Shown: positions 50,537-64,000 of the stretch, piece after piece
Layout of the letters: each line of letters begins with the position of its first letter
How positions within the stretch are numbered: position 1 is the first letter of the stretch
The notes under the pieces: generated by a model
Database searches by the model: none
What the model was told of the DNA's origin: nothing
The model's input: only the letters and a program-made list of their open reading frames with translations
Translations under genes and position numbers: made by a program
DNA from: Malacoraja senta
Taxonomy: Eukaryota
Direction of reading: 5' to 3'
Assembly: GCA_038087875.1 (NCBI GenBank)
Contig: CM075982.1
Span: 12,400,001 to 12,464,000, forward strand
DNA length: 64,000 nt

Positions 50537-53163
50537 GAATAGATTTTGCCCTCTTTTTATGACACTCCTAAAACTCAGTAAAAATAACCTGGATTTGCGA
50601 GTTTAAGGACTGCAGCCAACTTGGGTGGGTTGTGCTGCCCAGGTTTCATCTCCCTTTCTTCACACCCAGGCAGATGTTGCTATCTGATGACTCTGCATGC
50701 CTGCAGTTGCTAGGGGTCAAAATGAGCCACAGGAGGTAAGAAGCTAAACTATTTTTTTATTATTATTTTTATACTTATTTTTTTAAACAAATAACATTGT
50801 CATTTCAATGTTGGTCAATATTTAAACTTAGTTAAAAAATTAAGTTAACTATAAACTCTCAAACTCTTTGGAGCAAATAAATAAACAAAAAATGTAGACA
50901 AAGTAACACCTTCGCTGTCACTCTCTGTGGTGTATATTTCAGGCGTTCTTGTTCCCCAGCATAATGCTGGAAATCCTAGCAAGGCTGGCGTGCAATGGGC
51001 ATAAGAACTTAGCAGAGCAAACTCAGATTCAGCCTCCTAAATGTTTCCGTAAGTCCAAAGTTTCCACATTTGATGTGTTATTATGTATGTTCACTCGGTT
51101 TGAAAGCACACAATTCATGGGAAACCACCAGCCACATCATTCATTCATTGTTGACCTAAACATCATTTGTCATTTCTGTGTATTTTATTGTTGCATTTTA
51201 TTAAATCTCCTATAGCCCTTCAGATTGTCAGAGCATTTCCTAATTTCTAATGTGATTCAATGGGTGGTGATAGTATTAACCTGCTTTTGAGTATCCTCCT
51301 CAGTGGAATTTTTGACTTGCTGTCTTTTTAGGCTGCTGGGTTTAACTGGCTATTCTTGAATTACAATACAATACAATACGGTTGTTGATGATGCTTATGA
51401 TATTTAAGCATATATAATGCCAAACTTTGGTGTTAATGCTACAGCCAACTGTTCAAAAATGTTTTAATGGATGGTGGGGAGCATTTCAAACAACTTCTAG
51501 ATGTGTGATTTCAGAACATCACAAGTTTGAGTTTGTCACCAGTTCCAGTAAATCTCCTGAAACCCAAAGGGCTTTGCTATTTTGCAAACATTCACATTCT
51601 AGGTTTAACTTCAAATTTGGATTTGACCAGTTCCAGTTGTTGTCAGTATAATGGGTGCCACTCTTCTGGACACACTTTAATTCTTGTTACAGCATCACCC
51701 CACTTGCCTACATTCCTTAATTTTTTTGTCATTTCTGCACTGTGTTATTTTGTAAGTTCACCTGAACAACCTGTTCTGAACAGCCAAGTTGCACTGTCAC
51801 AGACTTGCTTAAAAACTGCTGTATCTTTATTTTTCCGGTTCTGATAAAAGGTAATTGAATGAAAATGTTTATTACTCACTCCCAGATAGTCCAGGATATG
51901 AATATTTAATTTCAGATTTTCAACATTTACTATATTTAACTTTTGTGTTTGTCTTGTTTCTACCTTTGTGGGTCCATATAAACTGGAACACTTTTTTTGA
52001 TTTAATGAGAAGTGAAAGTGACTGGTTAACTTCTAATCTCAAGAGAAGTTTGGATCTTTCATATCCTGTACAATCTTGCCAAGTGATTTGATATCTAAGC
52101 AGGAAGTAGGAGCAAGGTTAGTTGAGTTATTGGTTATTGTACAGATTAGACAAATGTGATGAAAGTGGGATATTTTGCTGTGCCAGTACAATTACTGTTT
52201 AAATTCTGCATTTTGGTGATGGTGAAATCTTTATCTGTAGGCCAACTTGCAATTGTCCTGGTAATCTGGTTTATACAACAAGGGAACTTCTATTTTATAT
52301 GCCTGGCGGTTGTGAAATAATTGTATTGATTATATTAATGATATAAAAATTGTACATCTGAATGTTTTAATGACAGTAAATTTCAAACCATAAGATGTAT
52401 TTCTTTAGATGTGGTCCTCAGAGTTCTTTGATGCACATTTTGGGAGGCCACAACCAAAAAACTTGATTGTTCATGGCTAAGAACCATTTAAGATGATGTT
52501 AAGAAACTGGTGAGATTTGTAGTGTACAACTGTCTCAGAATGCACCTATTGTTAATAGTTCAAATCTCTGTGCTGTGTTGGAGGCAACTAATTCATAGAA
52601 TAATTTGGTGTATGTGATCAAGGTTCGTAGTTCGGCCCTAAAATCACATCAGTAGAGAACAGCTTTAAGTGGGATATTGCCGCAGTGTAAATAAATATGA
52701 ACAGGAATTTATGTAGGGGGTAATTTCAAATTTTGTCGCTTACAAAATGTTAACCAAAATGCGACCTTTGTTTTTCCCTCTTTCTCTCATTGCTGGATTT
52801 TTTTGATACCCACCTTGCTGCCAAACCAAAATAAATAATAATTGTTGAAAATTATGTATTGCGTGGTGGGAAAAATTTGGTTATGCACAACTGTACATCA
52901 GCATAATTAAATAGTCTGCAGATACCTATGCGCTGATCATGCACAGGATTAGCTGAGGTTCGAAGATGCTTGAAGTGATTGTTTCTTGATTGGAGTCGGT
53001 ACATTAAAAAATGTAGAAAGAATTGGGAAGATCAAAGGGGAAAAAAGGGGAAAAGCGTGAATTAAATGGTTTGGTGATGTTACGTAAGGAACAGATTTTC
53101 AGTGAGAAAGTGATGTTTATCAAGCCTAAATTTACCACTTAATTTTCCTGAGCTCTTAATCAG

Positions 53164-53280
53164 AGAATATGAAAGTCGTCTGTCTAGATACGCTGAGCGA
53201 ATCTGGACGTGTAAAAGCACAGGCAGCAATCAGCTCACTCACAAGGAGGCCTGGGAGGAGGAGCAAGAAGTAACTGAATT
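53164..53280 (+). CDS. BAZ1B: BAZ1B (WSTF) exon 2, WAC domain
   Basis: EYESRLSRYAERIWTCKSTGSNQLTHKEAWEEEQEVTE(L); cAG / GTAAGT. Confidence 0.95.
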
Positions 53281-54128
53281 GTAAGTATATCGGAGATGCT
53301 TTTACACAAAATACTATTAATATGTTGACAGAAATTTGACTCCACCTGTTGCTGCAGTGAGATCTGTTAATCATGGTTACATTAAATAGTGGTTTATTAA
53401 CTGGTAACATCCTTCTAAGAATTGTATATGTTTCATAGAAATAATGATAAATGGTAGGCAGGAGTCTATTTTAAATTGGATCAGCGGTCTAAATTGTCTT
53501 ATGGTTTCCTACATTACCACCATGACTGCACAGGTAAAACGGTAGTTTCTAGATGTGAAGTAACTCTGAATATCCTGAGGTCATGAAACCCATGTAATAC
53601 TATTTATGTCGATTATGTGCACCTAATTCATCTATTAGGTGTATTATGGCTAAATCCTAATGTGACAGTGATCCTGTAAAATCAACATTTGGCAATTAGG
53701 AGATAAAATTATTGATGATTGAGCATAAGTTTTGACAGCTATTTTGACACGGTGTTGTATGGTACAACTTTTATCATCCTGTCTCCAGTGCCAGACAGGA
53801 TAGATGGTTGAAAAACAGAAATTTACCTCTCCTGAACATTCTACTATCATCTGTCATCTTTGTCATTGAAGGGTGAAAGGAAACTGCAGTACAGTATTAC
53901 TAAGTTTACCTGGAAAAGGTGCTAATTTACAATCCCTTTCACTTAACTTTAGAGTGGTGTCTAATTTTAAGCAGTTTATCCTCTGAAAAGAAGAGATATG
54001 GACTCATGTTGTACCTTGGTAATCCCAAATTCTGCAATTCTTTACTTTGTTTTACCTGCACTTTTCATGGGTTTTTTAAAACTCAAGTTTGGTGTCAGTA
54101 ATTTTCAGTTCACCTTATTCCATCTGTT

Positions 54129-54602
54129 TAAGAAAGAACTGCAGATGCTGGAAAAATCGAAGGTAGACAAAAATGCTGGAGAAACTCAGCGGGTGAGGTA
54201 GCATCTATGGAGCGAAGGAATAGGTGGCGTTTCGGGTCGAGACCCTTCTTCAGACATGTGGGGGGGAGGGGGCGGGAATAAGAAAGGAAGAGGCGGAGAC
54301 AGTAGGCTGTGAGAGAGCTGGGGAGGGGAAGGAGGGAGAAAGCAAGGACTACCTGAAATTGGAGGTCAAAGTTCATACCGCTGGGGTGTAAACTACCCAA
54401 CCGAAATATGAGGTGCTGCTCCTCCAATTTTCTCCCCCCTTCCCAGCTCTCCCACAGTCCACTGTCTCCACCTCTTCCTTTCTTTTTCCCCCCTGCCCCC
54501 TCCCCCCTCCCCCCCCCCCCCCACATCAGTCTGAAGAAGGGTCTCGACCCGGAACGTCGCCTATTACTTCGCTCCATAGATGCTGCCTCACCCACTGAGT
54601 TT
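54129..54602. mobile_element. Penelope-derived inverted-repeat element
   Basis: RKLEEQHLIFRLGSLHPSG remnant; two mutated hammerhead cores; 15-bp TSD cttattccatctgtt (54114-54128, 54603-54617). Confidence 0.85.
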
Positions 54603-56060
54603 CTTATTCCATCTGTTAATTGGTTAGAACCAACTGAATACAAATCATAACATCGTAACAACATAGAAGATAACCCTGCAGATCATTTGAGCCGACATCC
54701 ATAGCTGCAAGAGCTTTGCTTTAAGGCCCTCTCCCCTATCCTATTCATGTAAACTTGATCCAATTCCAATTGGAAGCCACAATTGACTCTGCATCCACTG
54801 CCCAGCCAAGCAATTAATGCTATTAAATGGTTGCATTTATCCATGTTCCACTTTCTAAAATAGAATGCTATCTACCTCCTCAAAATAACCCCTAGCCAGT
54901 CTGTGGGAATGTTGTTATGTTGCTAGATTAACTGCAATATGAGTCTATCCTTTAATGTATTCTTTGCACTAAGATAGAATTGGCTTCTTGACGTTTCTTA
55001 CCATGGGCTGATTTTAAACCAAAAGTTCACAAGGAGGGATCAAAGGCAAAACAATACAATTACTTTTATGAGTAGAAGAAAATCTGGCTGAGGTACTGGA
55101 GCTGTGTCCCTAGATTGCCAACTTGAAAGCAGTGAGGGAAGTAGGAAGTTGTTAATTCTGAAAAGTTACTACCTTTTTAATCATCAGATACTCTTGCAGT
55201 TCAGAAAAGTATGAATTCTTGCGATCATGGAGAGTAACTAGTTAAGGTGAATAACAATTAATTTAGAAAGGAGAACAATTGACCACATTGTTATTGTCAG
55301 TTTAGGAAAGAGTGATGACTGCTTTGGCGAAATGGGATGCAAGTTTTTTCAGATTAAAAAAATAAATAAATAGGGTACAATATAATAAACAAAATAGAAA
55401 ATTACATTTGCTACTTTGTCCTAGTAGTGTATAGAGTTTGTACTTTGGGAGCTATAACCAAAGAAGCTTTGGTGAACTTCTGTGATACATTTTATAAATG
55501 TTTTTTTGTCCAGGCCATAGTGTGCTGCTTAGGGAAAGAGAAGTCACTTTAGATGGTTTGACATTGAAGCTAAATAGTCAGGAGTTGCAGATATTTAAGC
55601 AAGGTGAGGCTATTCTGTCACACCGGCATGCTGGAAAGGCTTGGTATGCGAGTCATTTGGTGTAGTATTCCCAGCTTCTGATCTAATTTTGTGGCTGCAG
55701 TATTTGTGTGGCTGGTCTATTTCAAATTCTTGTTAAGTAAACTACCTCGTCCTTGCTCTCAAACTCAGCATATTAAAAGTGGAAAATTTGATAATGTCTT
55801 TGAGTTTTAAGGGTTGGGAAATGATTAGAATCTCTTGTTGAAGATGGTTAATGCTTGGTAATTGGGTGATGAGCGTGTTTGCAAGCACTTCGGTTGTACA
55901 GTTTGCATTGACATTGTTTTCCATTATTTGACAATTATTTCTTGCACATGTTGAACTCTGGAATTAATCCATTCCCCAATCTGCTCAAATTTCTCAAATG
56001 TATTACCTATATTCACAGTCAAAATTTCACAATTCGTTTACCAATGGTCTTTTAACTCTC

Positions 56061-56367
56061 TTAGTTTCGTTTAGAGATATAGCGCGGAAACAGGCCCTAC
56101 GGCCAACCGATTCCGCACCAACCAGTGGTCCCCACACATTAACATTATCCTACACACACTAGGGACAATTTACGCATACACCAAGCCAATTAACCTACAT
56201 ACCTGAAAGTCTTTGAAGTGTGGGAGGAAACTGAAGATCTCGGAGAAAATCCACGTGGTGACGGGGAGATGGTACAAACTCTGTATAGACAGCACCCGTA
56301 GTCGGGATCGAACCCGGGTCTCTGGCGCTGTAAGGCAGCAACTCTACCGCTGCGTCACCATGGCCGC
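56061..56367 (-). mobile_element. tRNA-derived V-SINE (HE1-like)
   Basis: Reverse-complement copy of the 13259-13587 family. Confidence 0.85.
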
Positions 56368-56433
56368 CTTAATTTGCTCTTGCCTATTATGTTTAATAGT
56401 GGCTTTTTGCCGTGTTCTGCTTTGTTACTATAG

Positions 56434-56578
56434 GCTAAAGGAGGAGTATCCAGTATGGTTTGAAAAACCTGTGTTGGAACTGGTTCATCATAGTACGCTG
56501 TCCTTGGACAAACTAGTTGACAAAACCTGGATGGAAATTATGACAAAATTTGCTATGGGGGAGCAGTGTGAATTTCAG
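56434..56578 (+). CDS. BAZ1B: BAZ1B exon 3
   Basis: LKEEYPVWFEKPVLELVHHSTLSLDKLVDKTWMEIMTKFAMGEQCEFQ. Confidence 0.95.
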
Positions 56579-57148
56579 GTTAGTTTTGGAAAACATTTTA
56601 GAAATGTGAAAAGTTTTCCCTGAATGACTTGACGTGTTGCATTTGGATAGTTTAGATTCAATAATCCTAGCGCTTGATATTTGTGCTTCTAGCATTCTAA
56701 TTGGTTTCTGTGCATAACTGGGCATTGGGTGTAACGGAGATACTTCTACATGGGAACTCATGTAGAACAGCTTCTTGGATCTAAAGCTGTATATTGCTAG
56801 ACATCTTTATTTTGGGTAGTTATGGATTTCACAAATCACTATTAAAAAAATTGAGATACTGAATAAGATTTGCTCCCATGGAATTTATGGGCCAGTGGGG
56901 GAGTAAATAAATCCAATATGTTTATTTTCAACTCTAATTTATTGATGCAACCTGCAAATCCAGATAACATGGCACAGTGTTGTGGAATATTGGAATGTAA
57001 AATATCCCCCCCCCCCCCCCAGTGGTACACAGGAGTCACCTGTGGCTCTGGTCTCAGTAGCAATCTTTTCTTTTATGCATAGATGGTATTAATACAGTTT
57101 AAAATTGAAAAGTTACCAAAGCTAAATAACTGACCTCTTGCCTTCTAG

Positions 57149-57350
57149 GTTGGGGAAAGCAAAATCCTTCCAGTGGTGGTGGTAAAGATACATCCTCTGG
57201 AGTTGAAACAGGAGTTGTCTTCTGAGAAGAAAACTGAAGGATCCTGCAATTCACCTTCCAGTGACAAAGAGAACTCCAGTCAAGTGGCACAAGATAACCT
57301 TCGTACAGAAGTTTGCGTCAAAGTTGAGAGCAAGAGGGACAACAATATCA
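57149..57350 (+). CDS. BAZ1B: BAZ1B exon 4
   Basis: VGESKILPVVVVKIHPLE...CNSPSSDKENSSQVAQD. Confidence 0.95.
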
Positions 57351-58941
57351 GTATGTGCTGCATAATTCTACGGTGTATGGCACAGGGACAGGCACACAGA
57401 ATTGATGTGAATAATCAGTCTAGCTTTCTGTATTAATGTGGGAATTTCTAGGACATGATTCTGTCTTTAACGTTGTTTCTTAAATTAACACTTTAAACAT
57501 GCTCCATTTTACGAATGATTCGATTCTACATACGTTCAAGCTGTAAAATTTACTCACAACCTGTAATTTTTCTAATGACAGCTCAATCTTTGTACCTTAT
57601 CCTTTCCCCATGCAATGAATATTCTGTTTCAGTTTTTCAAAGCCATAATTTCTCTCTTTTCTTTGCATACAAACATAAGCTGTCATAACGTAATACAAAA
57701 CTCAAAATGCTGGTGGAATTTAATGGGTCAGCATAAGTGGGTGAGAACGGAAATAGGACATTTCAGGTTGGCACCCTTCAATCAGTCTGAAGAAGGATCC
57801 CAACTTGAAATGTCGTCTGTCCATTCCCTCCACAGATACTACATGCCCCATTTAATTTGTCCACCGCTTAGTGTTTTGCTTAAGATTCTAGCATCAACTG
57901 TCACCGTAACTGTCAACTTAATATTTGGTCATAACAACCTTTATTGTTCTAATCCCAAATCAAACTATGACAAATTTTCAAATAGATGCTGGGAAACCTC
58001 TTGTGTCAGGCCATTCAATGACTGAGTAGGATCATTGCAGATCTTGAAAATAGGAAATATGTAAAGTATCTACTATCATGGTCTCTCCATTTTAATAAAT
58101 ATAAATATGGAGTATAAGAGGAGAACTGGTGCTGAATTGCTATGTTGTTAATTGATCGCTCGTTAGATTAAATGTCCAATTTGGGTTACTTGTGGGAATT
58201 ATGTCATGAAGAGGACACAGAAGATATTACTGCATCTACACAAGAGATGTTTAGTTTAGAATGCTCTGGCAGGACATGGGAGGGGGAGTAAAATATATTT
58301 AAGAAAGGATTTGTAATAGGATTAGATCAAAGTGAAACAGTAGAATGGTAGAGAATGGTATATGAAAAAGTAATGAGATTTGCAGAAGGAAGGTTTATTG
58401 TTTTAATTGTAAAACCCAAGGCTTGGGAAAACCGCTGAACAGGGAGGTGGGCAAAAGTAAACTCAGATGTTCAAGGACCTTTGCTATTGTAATGGTATTT
58501 AGTCAATATTATGAGTTAGTGGCCTCAACATTTAACGAGTTTCCTCCCAGAAATAGATTTTTTTAATTTCCCAAAGTCTACCAAATCCATTGAATGATTA
58601 AAAAATAGGTTGTAAGAAGGAATGGTGTTGAGCTTCTTTTAGGCACTTCATGGTGAACTATTAAGGTTTGGTGCTTCTGCTTGATGACATATTTGGTTTG
58701 TTGGTCAGTGGAACAGTTCTATTAGAGCTCTTGGCAGCTGACTGAGCATAGAGAAGAGTTATTATTCCATGTTTATCAACATGGTAGAATTTTACAGATA
58801 AGACTGCAATGTCTTTAATGCTTTTGGAGTGGATTTTCTCATTCTGTGTGAATTGGCTTATTGCATATAGTAATTGAAGTGTCAGTCTCCTTGTTGCATT
58901 AAGATAGCAGAATTCTAAAATAAATGTGTTTTGCTCATCAG

Positions 58942-59063
58942 GTGACAGAGCTCGCCGATCACCACGGAAATTACCTACAAGCCTCAAGAAGGAAGAGAGG
59001 AAATGGGTTCACCCAAAATTTCTGCCTTATAAATATGATGCAAAACTGCTGGAAGAGGACAAA
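58942..59063 (+). CDS. BAZ1B: BAZ1B exon 5
   Basis: DRARRSPRKLPTSLKKEERKWVHPKFLPYKYDAKLLEEDK. Confidence 0.95.
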
Positions 59064-59689
59064 GTAAGAAATAAAACAAACTTTTTAATAGGATTTGTTA
59101 GTCTGATCATTCTGTTTTATAAAAGTAAATGTAGTTATTAAAGATGGTCTCAGAAGATAAAATAGAACTGAGCAAGTAAGTAATCACTGAGCGTAATGCA
59201 TAAGGCATCTTAGAAATGTGGGGTAAGCTTGCCAATGTCGGGATTATTCATATTAGTGAATGGAATGAATTCCATTCTGACTCCTTGTAGCAACATTGAG
59301 CATTTCCTTATCAACTGCAGCAGTTTAAAAACAGCCAAATTACGTGTCTCAAAATTGGATTCTTAGCCTACATTATAAAGGCTGCATTTTTTTGTCTCAG
59401 CAAATGGTACGCTATTCAGGAACTTTTCAATAAGAAATACACATGAACTGTTAATTTATGCCTAAACTTTATTTTAAACTGTGAACACATTCTTGTCTCA
59501 TAGTTAAAAAAAAAAAATTAATGAAGATTTTAAGGTTTACTGATGTCAAAATATGACTAAGACTGTACATAATTGAAGGAGAGGGAAGAAACATAACTGT
59601 TTCAAGAAGATATAGATGGCATATGTTGTTGCCAACAGGGACATGAGCATCAATCTGGATAATTTCTGAAAGTACCAATGGCAAATAGA

Positions 59690-60290
59690 CATCAATAGTT
59701 CAATAGTCCTTCATTGTCACGTGTACCCTGAGGTACAGAGAAATTTGATTTTACCATACAGTCATACCCAAAAAAGCCAACAAGATACAAAATTACATAA
59801 AAATTAAACATAAACAGCCACCACAACGGCGTTTGAGAGGCACACAGCAAAAGCGGGGACCCATAGCCATCAGTCCAATGGACAGGCCACCCACACGCTC
59901 TTCACCGTGATGTGACCAGAGTTGCACAGACCACTTGTCGCTCTCTCTGCAGTCCCTGTCCGCCCGAACAGTCGGAAAGCCGTCCGCACTCGCACTAAAC
60001 TCCAGAACGATCCCGTGGCGCGACGTCCCCGCAAACACCGAGACCACCGCACTCACGGTAATCCCTCCGAGTCCCCGCCAGCGCAGGCAGCATCCATTTT
60101 GCTTTTGCTGACATCGCACTCCTCACCGTGATGGAAGGCGAATAACTTTTACCTTCTTCCTCCTTTTCTCCCGCGGTCGGAGCGATCGGAATATCCGCAG
60201 TTGGGGCGATCGAAGCTCTTGCAGCTGGAGCTCTCGAAGCCGATCCCTAACAAAGGGACCACCAGTTCCACGGGGGAGGGGGGGGGGGGA
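59690..60290 (-). mobile_element. non-autonomous retroposon (family of 32096-32842) with an internal CpG-rich insert
   Basis: Shared cctcaccgtgatggaaggcga motif; caatagtt-type tail. Confidence 0.5.
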
Positions 60291-60538
60291 GAACCTGTAG
60301 AATGTGATGTTATTGTGTTCCTGCTGCCCTTTACTCATTGATGGTAGTGATCACAGACTAGGGAAGTCCAGTCAGTTTAGCCTAGGTAATGACAAGCTAA
60401 ATATGAAATAAAGAATGTCTATTTGAATGTTCATTAGGTATCTTTTCTATTTTAAAATTAAATATGCAATTTTTACTCATGGATTATCTTGGATAAAGGT
60501 CAGTGGTTTGTTGCATTTCCCAGTTGACCATCATTGAG

Positions 60539-61577
60539 TAGCAATGTTACAAAATCTTGAGATTTAAAAAATAAAGTCTGCAATTTATCCCATCAGATAA
60601 AGCATAAAAAGAAGTTTAATTTGACACCTAATTCACTTTCATATCTTCAGTATTAAAGAAGTTATGGCCATCTTCATACTCGGAAATTAGCATCTTGTTC
60701 CATATTGCTTTTCCATTGACTTAACACAAAAGCTGTGATCGAGGACAGTCAAAAGCCCATAACTTTCTTAAAAATTAAGATAACTGAAAGAAATTTTCAG
60801 TTATTATAGATTGAAGCATTCTGAAACAAATATGAAACAATCTTACTTAGAAGACATGAAAGTAAAGCATATAATTAGTTAGTTACCTAATTGTAGCTAA
60901 TTACAAAATTCAATTACTAGATCTAAACATCTATCAATTTCTTAAGAATAGATTAACATTTTTAAATAGCCTAAGTGTCCAAATAACATTCACACAATAA
61001 TTCACAATATAACATAATTTTTAAATCTCATTTTCATGAATTTACAGGCCAAATGGAAGGAATTGAATGTTTAATACCTGTAAATTAATGGGGATTTAAT
61101 TCATCTTGTGTGAGAATTTCTGGAACGCGATCTTTTGGAACGTTCATTTGCGGTGAATTTAACCCCGTATTGGCATGAAAAATTCTGCCGTTAATTCGGG
61201 GAATAAAATCACCGTGTCGCATGAAAAAATGTGGATTAAAGGCTTCTTAAGAAGCACTTTTATACATTTAAAGAAAGCACTTTCGTTTACCTGTACCGTG
61301 TGTGAAATCCGTCCCCGTTATCGGCGTTGACGCTTCAGGAGCTGATTTTAAAATAACTCTAGCGCTGACATTGACGATTTAATAAAAATAAAAAACACAC
61401 AAAACGGCGGTAGGAACGATTCATCAGCCAGCGCTTGTACTCCAACAAAATATTAACTAGGACAAGGAAGGAGAAACCCGCGTTTTAACCCCGCCCCCCC
61501 TTAAAGGCGCCAAAATTGCGCACACGGCCAGTGGCAGAATTACAGCGCGGCTGAAGGTAAGTTTTCTAACATACCTA
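60539..61577. mobile_element. unclassified non-autonomous TIR element
   Basis: Imperfect TIRs tagcaatgttacaaaa / ttttctaacataccta (13/16); 7-bp direct repeat cattgag (60532-60538, 61578-61584). Confidence 0.65.
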
Positions 61578-62669
61578 CATTGAGATGAGAACTGGGCACT
61601 GAGCTTAGAAGTTGCCATGATTGGTACTCATCACTTTTTTTAATTTGAGAGTCAGTGGATTGCTTTCATGAGTAAGATATTGGTCAGCTGTTATATTCTC
61701 CAGCTTATCCCAAGATCTTGAGATTCTGTGTCCCACGTGTTTTGACTGAGATGTTTGCTTAGACCCAAGACTCAAAATTCCTCATCTATATAATCTGACT
61801 GGGGTTAGTTTACATCCCCAAATAATTTGAATTTGTCCAAAATGATGAATGATTCTGTCAATTCTAGCAAAGATCTATTCACTCTACTCATCTTTCTGGT
61901 GCTCACAATTTGGAAATAGCAATGTTTAAAATAATGTCCATGTATGTTTCTAGCGGGTTGTGTGTCTCTAGTATTTATTTACTTAATTGTTGGAGTTCAG
62001 GTTTTGGGCCCCAAACACTGGAAATCCTTCTCCAAACCGCTTACAATTCCCCATACATTTCTCCCACACATCTAAATTTCCCTTAAAAGATTTTGCCAAA
62101 CATGTGGTTATCTATTCTAATGCTTGATGTTAAACTTTATTTGATGTTTTTATGAAGTGCCTCGGGTTATTATTACATTAATGATGCCATATAAATGCAA
62201 AACAATGCTGTCTTAAATAGTGCAACTTAATGCTTAAAATAAACGGTTGAATCTAATAATGCTGAAATGCTTTGGTAGCTGAATAAAGCCACATTCTTCA
62301 TGCTTTACAAATGTGGGAGGAAAAATTGGTCATTGGCACTCCGATACATGGCAATGGAACTAAATATATTGGAATGAATAGAGACAGTGTGCTTGCCCAG
62401 CTTTGATGACCAACAGGTGCAATTCTGCACTTTGCATTCTATAAATCCTCTTGGGTAGACTTGCACGTTTTAATGGGCAAATCCTCTTGGGTAGACTTTC
62501 ACTCTGAGCGAGGGCTATATGTATATATGTCTGTAGTTTGTTTGTTTATACTATTCTTATAACAAATGTAAAGCACTTTGGCCAACGAGAGTTGTTTTTT
62601 AAATGTGCTATATAAATAAATGTGACTTGACTTGACTTAATAAATCAAATGTTCTCTTTGGCACTCTAG

Positions 62670-62867
62670 ATAATAAGTAATGTTCCAACTGAAAGTCTCA
62701 TCCGCTCGGAGCGTCCACCAAACAAGGAAATCTTGCGATATTTCATCAGGCATAACTCGATGCGAATGGGGATGGGTGAAAATGCACCCTGGGTGGTCGA
62801 AGACAAGCTTGTGGATAAATATTCTCTGCCCAGTAAATTCAGTGACTTCCTGCTCTCTCCATACAAG
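62670..62867 (+). CDS. BAZ1B: BAZ1B exon 6 (gene continues beyond the window)
   Basis: IISNVPTESLIRSERPPNKEILRYFIRHNSMRMGMGENAPWVVEDKLVDKYSLPSKFSDFLLSPYK. Confidence 0.95.
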
Positions 62868-64000
62868 GTAACAACTTTTTATTTCTCAGAAACTAAAATG
62901 GGCGATTTTTTTATTGCTTGGAATGCTTGTCTATCACAAAAAAATGTTGTTTTTGTTGTGCAATTATTTTTGTTCATTCCTGATTCAGATGCAACAGGCA
63001 GATCGAACTAAAGTATGGCTCCTTGTTCTTTCTCAACAAAATACTTGAGCACAGCATTTTTCATATCTAATCTTAATTGAGATTTAATGTCCACTTTGTG
63101 TCTGAATTGTTTTAAGACCTTTCTCCCATCAAAGAAATCAGGTCAGAAAGTTAGCATGTGGGAAGTGTAAGTGAGGGGAGTATATGACTAAAATGTTGCC
63201 TCAAATTTGGTGTGATCATATGGGGTCCTTGTTCTTTAATATGCATAGTTCACCCCCCCCCCCCCCCCTTGCTGTCAAAGATGGATCTCTCATCTGTGTC
63301 TCCTCTGGGTTGTAGTTCTGCTATCAGCATCTGTACTTCCTTATAAGCAGCAATACCTGGGATATTCAATACCTGGGATGAGGCTTTTGCGAAGCATTGA
63401 GTAGAATTGATGGATTTTATAAAAATGAAGTGATTTTGCAAGAACACTGGAAAACAGCAGAATAGGTCCTTTAAACTTGCCCTGCCATTCAATATAATCT
63501 ATGCTTGCCTCAAATTCTCTCGTGCCAGTTTCCCAAAACACTCAGTTCCTTGATTCTTGAAATATTGATGTATCTCCACCCTAAATATATGAATGATCCA
63601 CCACCTTTGGGCAGAGAGTTCACAACCTTCTGATTGATGACATTTCAACGCATCTCAGCTTAAACGTGTATTTTTTAAATATTTAACTTGAAATGTGAGT
63701 CTTGGGAGCTTAAACGGTATATACTTTAAGAATGTTACCTCTAAAGGCCAAATCTAGAACCAAAGATCAGAGTATCAGCCTCAATTAAAACTGAAATCAG
63801 GAAGAGGTTACTTTGATGGAGGTGTGAATCTTTGGAATGCTGTATCTGAGAGAGCTATAGTTGCAGTTTTTTCTAAGTTGTCACACCTAAGGTAGGTAAT
63901 ATATTGAATATATTGAAGGGATTTTGCAGGAAAGTGGGGCTAGAGCACAGATTAATCTTGATGTATGCTGGAATCACCAAGATTTATTGTTTAGGTTCTC

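Noticed and set aside
52409-52509. Possible BAZ1B intron 1 exon (tttAG...CTG/GTGAGA)
   Set aside because: 101 nt and frame-shifting, supported only by splice-like motifs; a poison exon cannot be excluded

Overview
Repeat-rich vertebrate genomic DNA, most likely a cartilaginous fish (skate/ray-like, inferred from HE1/V-SINE-, CR1- and Penelope-type repeats and from protein divergence). It is orthologous to part of the human Williams-Beuren region (7q11.23). Genes: the last coding exon of VPS37D (+), intronless DNAJC30 (-), all six coding exons of BCL7B (+), and BAZ1B/WSTF exons 2-6 (+). BCL7B has three single-base homopolymer indels that are probably assembly errors, and BAZ1B exon 1 probably lies in a 200-N gap. 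The most striking non-coding signal is a 55-nt sequence at 15723-15777 (-) that folds fully into a minimal HDV/CPEB3-type self-cleaving ribozyme. It heads a ~140-bp retroposon flanked by a target-site duplication (TSD) that shares its 3' tail with an RTE-like LINE end in the same window. About a dozen Penelope-derived minimal hammerhead motifs are also present, one enclosed in a long hairpin. The gene order differs from human by an apparent inversion. Gene identities rest on recalled protein similarity, not on database searches.
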